Shown piece by piece: positions 60,390-64,000 of a DNA stretch of 64,000 bases. Source of the stretch: an uncultured Planctomycetaceae bacterium (GTDB taxonomy: Bacteria; Planctomycetota; Planctomycetia; Isosphaerales; Isosphaeraceae); the NCBI GenBank assembly GCA_963833985.1, contig CAWIAD010000002.1, forward strand, positions 5,600,001-5,664,000, in the 5' to 3' direction. Every line of letters starts with the position of its first letter. Positions within the stretch are counted from its first letter, which is position 1. A model generated the notes under the pieces. The model saw only the letters and a program-made list of their open reading frames with translations. It ran no database searches and was not told the DNA's origin. The position numbers were made by a program, and so were the translations under genes.

Positions 60390-61979
60390 ATGTCCGACGG
60401 GGTCCTCGCCATGCAAGCCGATCACCTCGATGGACTGGTCTCGGCCCCTGACGAGCCATACCGGGCATTGCTGGCCGTCTCGGAGGCGATCGCGTCGCAC
60501 CGCGATCTGCCCGGGCTCTTCCACGAGCTGGCCGGCCGGCTCCATCTCGTGGTGCGATTCGACTACCTGACCCTGGTCCTGCACGAGGCAGCGACCGACA
60601 CCATGCGCATGCACGTTCTGGAGCCCCCCGAACCCGGAGAGCCCACGATAGTTCTTCCTCCTGAAGAGGACCCGGCGGGGTTGGTGTGGCAGACCCAGAA
60701 GCCGCTCATCACCTCGAGCATGGACGAGCTGAGGCGCTGGCCGCGGCTGCTGGAACGAGTGCAGCCACATGGCGTCGAGAGCTACTGCTGGCTGCCGCTG
60801 ACCACGGCCCGGCAGCGGCTGGGCACACTGGTGTTCACGTCCAAGCAGCCGTCCTCGTACGACAAGGGCGACGTGCGCTTCCTCCAGCTCGTCGCGAACC
60901 AGGTGGCCGTGGCGGTCGAGAACGCCCTGGCCTTCCAGGAGATCGAGGCGGCCTTGCGGGAGATCCAGGCACTCAAGGACAGGCTCGTCGAGGAGAATAC
61001 TTACCTCGAGGAAGAGGTCCGCAGAGAGCACAACTTCGGCGAGATCGTCGGCGAGAGCGCCGCGCTACGCCGGGTGCTGAAGGAGGTTGAGACTGTCGCT
61101 CCCACGGGATCCACGGTGCTCATCCGGGGCGAGACGGGCACGGGCAAGGAGCTCATCGCCCGCGCCCTGCACGAGCTGAGTCCCCGGCGCGACCGGACCT
61201 TCGTCAAGCTCAACTGCGCGGCCATCCCCACGGGGCTCCTGGAGAGCGAGCTCTTCGGCCACGAAAAGGGCGCTTTCACCGGTGCCATCAGCCAGAAGGT
61301 GGGGAGATTCGAACTGGCGCACCAGGGGACACTGCTGCTCGACGAGGTGGGCGATATCCCTCTGGAGCTTCAGCCCAAGCTGCTGCGCGTGCTCCAGGAA
61401 CAGGAGTTCGAGCGTCTCGGGGGTACGAGGACGATCAAGGTGGACGTGCGGCTGGTGGCGTCGACCCACCGCGACCTGGCCCGGCTGGTGGCCGACGGCC
61501 GCTTCCGTGAAGACCTCTACTACCGGCTGAACGTCTTCCCGCTGGTGCTGCCGCCGTTGCGGGAGCGTCGTGACGATATCCCGCGGCTGGCCCGCCATTT
61601 CACCCAGCGGTTCGCCCGGCGGATGGGTCGGCGCATCGAGACCATCCCGACCGCGGTGATGGAGGCGTTGGTGCACTACGCGTGGCCGGGCAACATCCGG
61701 GAATTGCAGAACGTGATCGAGCGGGCGGTCATCCTCTCCCCCGGCCTGTCGCTGCATGTCCCCACCGGCGACCTGCGGCCCGCCCCCGCATCGAGCCGGG
61801 CGTCGGCCGCCGCGCCGAGCACCCTGGCTGACGCCGAACGGGACCACATCCTGGGCGTCCTCCGCGAGGCCGGGTGGGTGCTGGGCGGCCCGGACGGCGC
61901 GGCGGCCCGGCTGGGGATGAAGCGGACCACGCTCCAGTCGAAGATGAAGAAGCTGGGCATCTCGCGTCCGCATCCGTGA
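60390..61979 (+). CDS. GAF-domain sigma54-dependent activator (FhlA-like)
   Basis: GAF domain, GETGTGKE, ESELFGHEKGAFTGA, LLDEVG, FREDLYYRLNV, WPGNIRELQN, HTH GAAARLGMKRTTL. Confidence 0.93.
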   Translation: MSDGVLAMQADHLDGLVSAPDEPYRALLAVSEAIASHRDLPGLFHELAGRLHLVVRFDYLTLVLHEAATDTMRMHVLEPPEPGEPTIVLPPEEDPAGLVWQTQKPLITSSMDELRRWPRLLERVQPHGVESYCWLPLTTARQRLGTLVFTSKQPSSYDKGDVRFLQLVANQVAVAVENALAFQEIEAALREIQALKDRLVEENTYLEEEVRREHNFGEIVGESAALRRVLKEVETVAPTGSTVLIRGETGTGKELIARALHELSPRRDRTFVKLNCAAIPTGLLESELFGHEKGAFTGAISQKVGRFELAHQGTLLLDEVGDIPLELQPKLLRVLQEQEFERLGGTRTIKVDVRLVASTHRDLARLVADGRFREDLYYRLNVFPLVLPPLRERRDDIPRLARHFTQRFARRMGRRIETIPTAVMEALVHYAWPGNIRELQNVIERAVILSPGLSLHVPTGDLRPAPASSRASAAAPSTLADAERDHILGVLREAGWVLGGPDGAAARLGMKRTTLQSKMKKLGISRPHP

Positions 61980-61985
61980 CGCCAT

Positions 61986-62010
61986 TTCGGCAGTTGCCGA
62001 ACTGTCGGCA
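61986..62010. promoter_or_regulatory. Overlapping palindromes, candidate activator binding site (UAS)
   Basis: TTCGGCA-GT-TGCCGAA and TGCCGA-ACTG-TCGGCA, ~110-135 bp upstream of the -24 box. Confidence 0.55.
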
Positions 62011-62118
62011 TTTCCGGTTCGGCACCCCACCTCCATCCTCGCCCTTATCTCGTCCAGACCAATTCATAGGTCGTTCTACAAGAGCGACTTGCGCGGTGAG
62101 GCGCGAGTCGGTGGCATT

Positions 62119-62136
62119 TCGGTACGGCCTCTGCTT
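62119..62136 (+). promoter_or_regulatory. Sigma54 -24/-12 promoter
   Basis: TC-GG-TACGGCCTCT-GC-TT, exact GG-N10-GC spacing, downstream of a sigma54 activator gene. Confidence 0.65.
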
Positions 62137-62378
62137 TAGAGGCAATACCGTTGAAATAGCGTTCACTCGAAGGGGGTAAGAGGTTTGCGAGAGACTTGTT
62201 CCCACGCTCTGCGTGGGAACAACGGTCAGGCCGCTCTGCGTCCGTTGGATCTCCCAGCCTGAGCACGGGCCCGATCGACGCGGAGCGTCGCAGACGGCAT
62301 TCCCACGCGGAGCGTGGGAACGAGGAACAAACCTCTGCTCACAATCAACGTATCACTATATCAACGGAATTGGTTCTA
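62137..62378. mobile_element. MITE-like element (~240 bp) with 23-bp TIRs enclosing a REP pair
   Basis: TAGAGGCAATACCGTTGAAATAG versus (reverse complement) TAGAACCAATTCCGTTGATATAG, 19/23 identical. Internal TTCCCACGCTCTGCGTGGGAAC and TTCCCACGCGGAGCGTGGGAAC. Confidence 0.72.
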
Positions 62379-62456
62379 GAGGCAAGTCGGAATGGGCAAG
62401 AGCGGCGGTGGAGATCACCACCGACGATCGCCAGGGCCCTTGCGAGGGAGGCAGCG

Positions 62457-62756
62457 ATGCTGCGAATCACGGTCGACGATCAGCCGCGGACCGTCACCTT
62501 TCAACTCGAAGGGAGCGTGACGGGGACATTATCAAGCGTGCTGGAGGAGTGCTGGCAGGAGACCCTGGCCCGTCAGAGCAAACCCATGGTTCTCATCGAC
62601 TTGACCGGGGTGACCTTCATTGACGCCGCGGGCCGGGCTTGCCTTGCGGCCATGCACCGTCAAGGGGCCGAGTTCATCGCCCCCGACTGCCTGACGAAAG
62701 CCACCGTGGCCGAGATCACCCAGACAACCGGTCCCGATCGCGGGCGTCCTGAGTGA
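62457..62756 (+). CDS. Small STAS-domain protein
   Basis: GGGAGG RBS; MLRIT...FQLEG...LEECW...IDLTGVTFIDAAG. Confidence 0.82.
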   Translation: MLRITVDDQPRTVTFQLEGSVTGTLSSVLEECWQETLARQSKPMVLIDLTGVTFIDAAGRACLAAMHRQGAEFIAPDCLTKATVAEITQTTGPDRGRPE

Positions 62757-62799
62757 CGCGCTTCTCGCGCCGTCGACCGACCAGAGGGGAAACATCAAC

Positions 62800-64000
62800 A
62801 TGGAAAGCACAGTTCACAGAAATTCCGACCTGACAGGTGAGGCACCGCGGACTCCCGCCGGGGCAACGGCGGAGGCACGGCACGGCTCAACTCCGCCATC
62901 GGCCGATGGGTCCGCCCATCCCGACCACCAGGCCGCGGAACCGGCAACGGATCTCAGCCCTGCCGCGCCGTCGCGGACGGCTGCGTCGCCATCGCGTCCG
63001 TGGCGAAAATGGCTGCTGCGGGTGGGGGCTGTCGCCGGCCTCGCGGTCGGGGGACATCTTCTGGCTCCCACGGTAGAGACGGCGCTGAACACGGTCTCCA
63101 CCGATGATGCCTACGTCAACGGGTACGTGACGCTCGTGGCGCCCCGGGTACCCGGCCAGGTGGCCCGGGTGCTGGTGCATGACAATTACCGCGTGCGGAA
63201 AGGGACCTTGCTGGTCCAGCTCGACAAGGAGCCGTACCAGGTTCAGGTGGATCTCAAGAAGGCGGCCGTGGTCAGCGCCGAGGCCGACCTCAAGGCCGCC
63301 GAGGCCGTGGTCCGGGCCAACCTGGGGCAGTCCCGCAGCTTGCGGTGGAAGCTTCAGACGGCCATCGAGAAGGTCGATGACCAGGTCGCCCTCTTGCGGG
63401 CGCGGGTGGCGGCCCTGAAGAGCAAGCAAGCGAGCTTCGATCGCGCACGGGCCGATTTCAAACGGGCCGAGGGGCTCTACAGCCGACAAACAATCGCGCG
63501 ACAGGAATTCGACCAGTATCGCGAGGCCGATCGGACGGCTGAAGCCGCGGTGCAGCAGGCCCTGGAAGAAGTCCATGAGGCACGAGTTGCCCTCGGTCTT
63601 CCGCCGCAGCCCGAGACGGGAGAACTGTCCGACGTGCCACCCGACCTCAATCAGACCTTCTCCGGCGTCCGCGAGGCGCTCGCCGCGCTGGTCCAGTCGC
63701 TGGCCCAGGTCGGCGTACCCCCGCCGTCCATCCATCGAACGCCCAGGGAGGCGCTCGACGAGTTCACGCGCCGCGACAAGGACAAGAATCTGGACCGGAT
63801 CCTGGAGCGGCTCGTGCCCGAATCGCCGGCGGTCCGGCAGGCCGAGGCCAAGCTGCTCCAGGCCCGGCGCGACCTCGCCCAGGCGGAGCTGAACCTGCGC
63901 TACTGCGACATCACGAGCGAGATCGACGGCGTCGTGACCAGCCGCAACGTCAACCCCGGCAACAACGTCCTCCCGGGGCAGGCCTTGATGGCAGTGCGCT
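62800..64000 (+). CDS. HlyD/EmrA-family efflux membrane fusion protein, runs off the window end
   Basis: Manual translation: TM anchor, VSTDDAYVNG..TLVAPRVPGQVARVLVHDN..VRKG.LLVQLD, coiled coil, AELNLRYCDI.SEIDG.V..RNVNPGN.V.PGQ. Confidence 0.9.
   Translation, partial: MESTVHRNSDLTGEAPRTPAGATAEARHGSTPPSADGSAHPDHQAAEPATDLSPAAPSRTAASPSRPWRKWLLRVGAVAGLAVGGHLLAPTVETALNTVSTDDAYVNGYVTLVAPRVPGQVARVLVHDNYRVRKGTLLVQLDKEPYQVQVDLKKAAVVSAEADLKAAEAVVRANLGQSRSLRWKLQTAIEKVDDQVALLRARVAALKSKQASFDRARADFKRAEGLYSRQTIARQEFDQYREADRTAEAAVQQALEEVHEARVALGLPPQPETGELSDVPPDLNQTFSGVREALAALVQSLAQVGVPPPSIHRTPREALDEFTRRDKDKNLDRILERLVPESPAVRQAEAKLLQARRDLAQAELNLRYCDITSEIDGVVTSRNVNPGNNVLPGQALMAVR

Noticed and set aside
55303..61031. 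Long minus-strand ORFs of 930 and 1050 aa
   Set aside because: Antisense shadows of DUF1553, DUF1501 and the sigma54 activator in GC-rich DNA. Only ~59350-60101 looks protein-like.
1..64000. rRNA, tRNA or prophage genes
   Set aside because: None recognised by eye. A covariance-model scan would be needed to exclude small RNAs.

Overview
A GC-rich bacterial window, almost certainly from Planctomycetota. Evidence: DUF1559, a DUF1549/DUF1553 cytochrome c next to DUF1501, an ECF sigma/Ser-Thr kinase pair and a sulfatase. All calls come from reading the sequence; no searches were run. (1) 1-6.3 kb: an esterase, a PAS hybrid kinase and cydAB. (2) 6.4-34 kb: an accessory island with glycosyltransferase genes on both sides of an Rhs polymorphic-toxin locus. 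The locus has one full 1938-aa Rhs with a planctomycete-type N-terminal export motif, three orphan core+tip cassettes and a fourth remnant. The four tips are followed by unrelated partner genes (WD40, DUF4279, LRR, HEAT). All cassettes start at nearly the same core codon, behind recurring short junction elements. The island also carries a complete IS1380-type element with a CTAG duplication and a REP-associated (Y1/HUH) transposase whose predicted catalytic Tyr is Phe. (3) 34.6-45 kb: a Cu-monooxygenase/cytochrome c fusion, HPF-CSD, BlaI/M56, a beta-helix protein and a sulfatase. (4) 45-52 kb: a likely metal/redox cluster. It contains a Cys-rich HPPR-ending leader gene, a Met-rich DUF1559, an APC permease, a CxxU selenoprotein (UGA plus SECIS-like hairpin) and a DUF692/MNIO operon whose candidate substrate is a membrane protein with a 9-Cys Gly-rich tail. 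(5) 52-64 kb: ECF/STK, VOC, DUF1553/DUF1501, a sigma54 activator with promoter, a MITE/REP element, STAS and an EmrA-like gene. About eleven single-base frameshifts in otherwise intact genes suggest residual long-read assembly errors.
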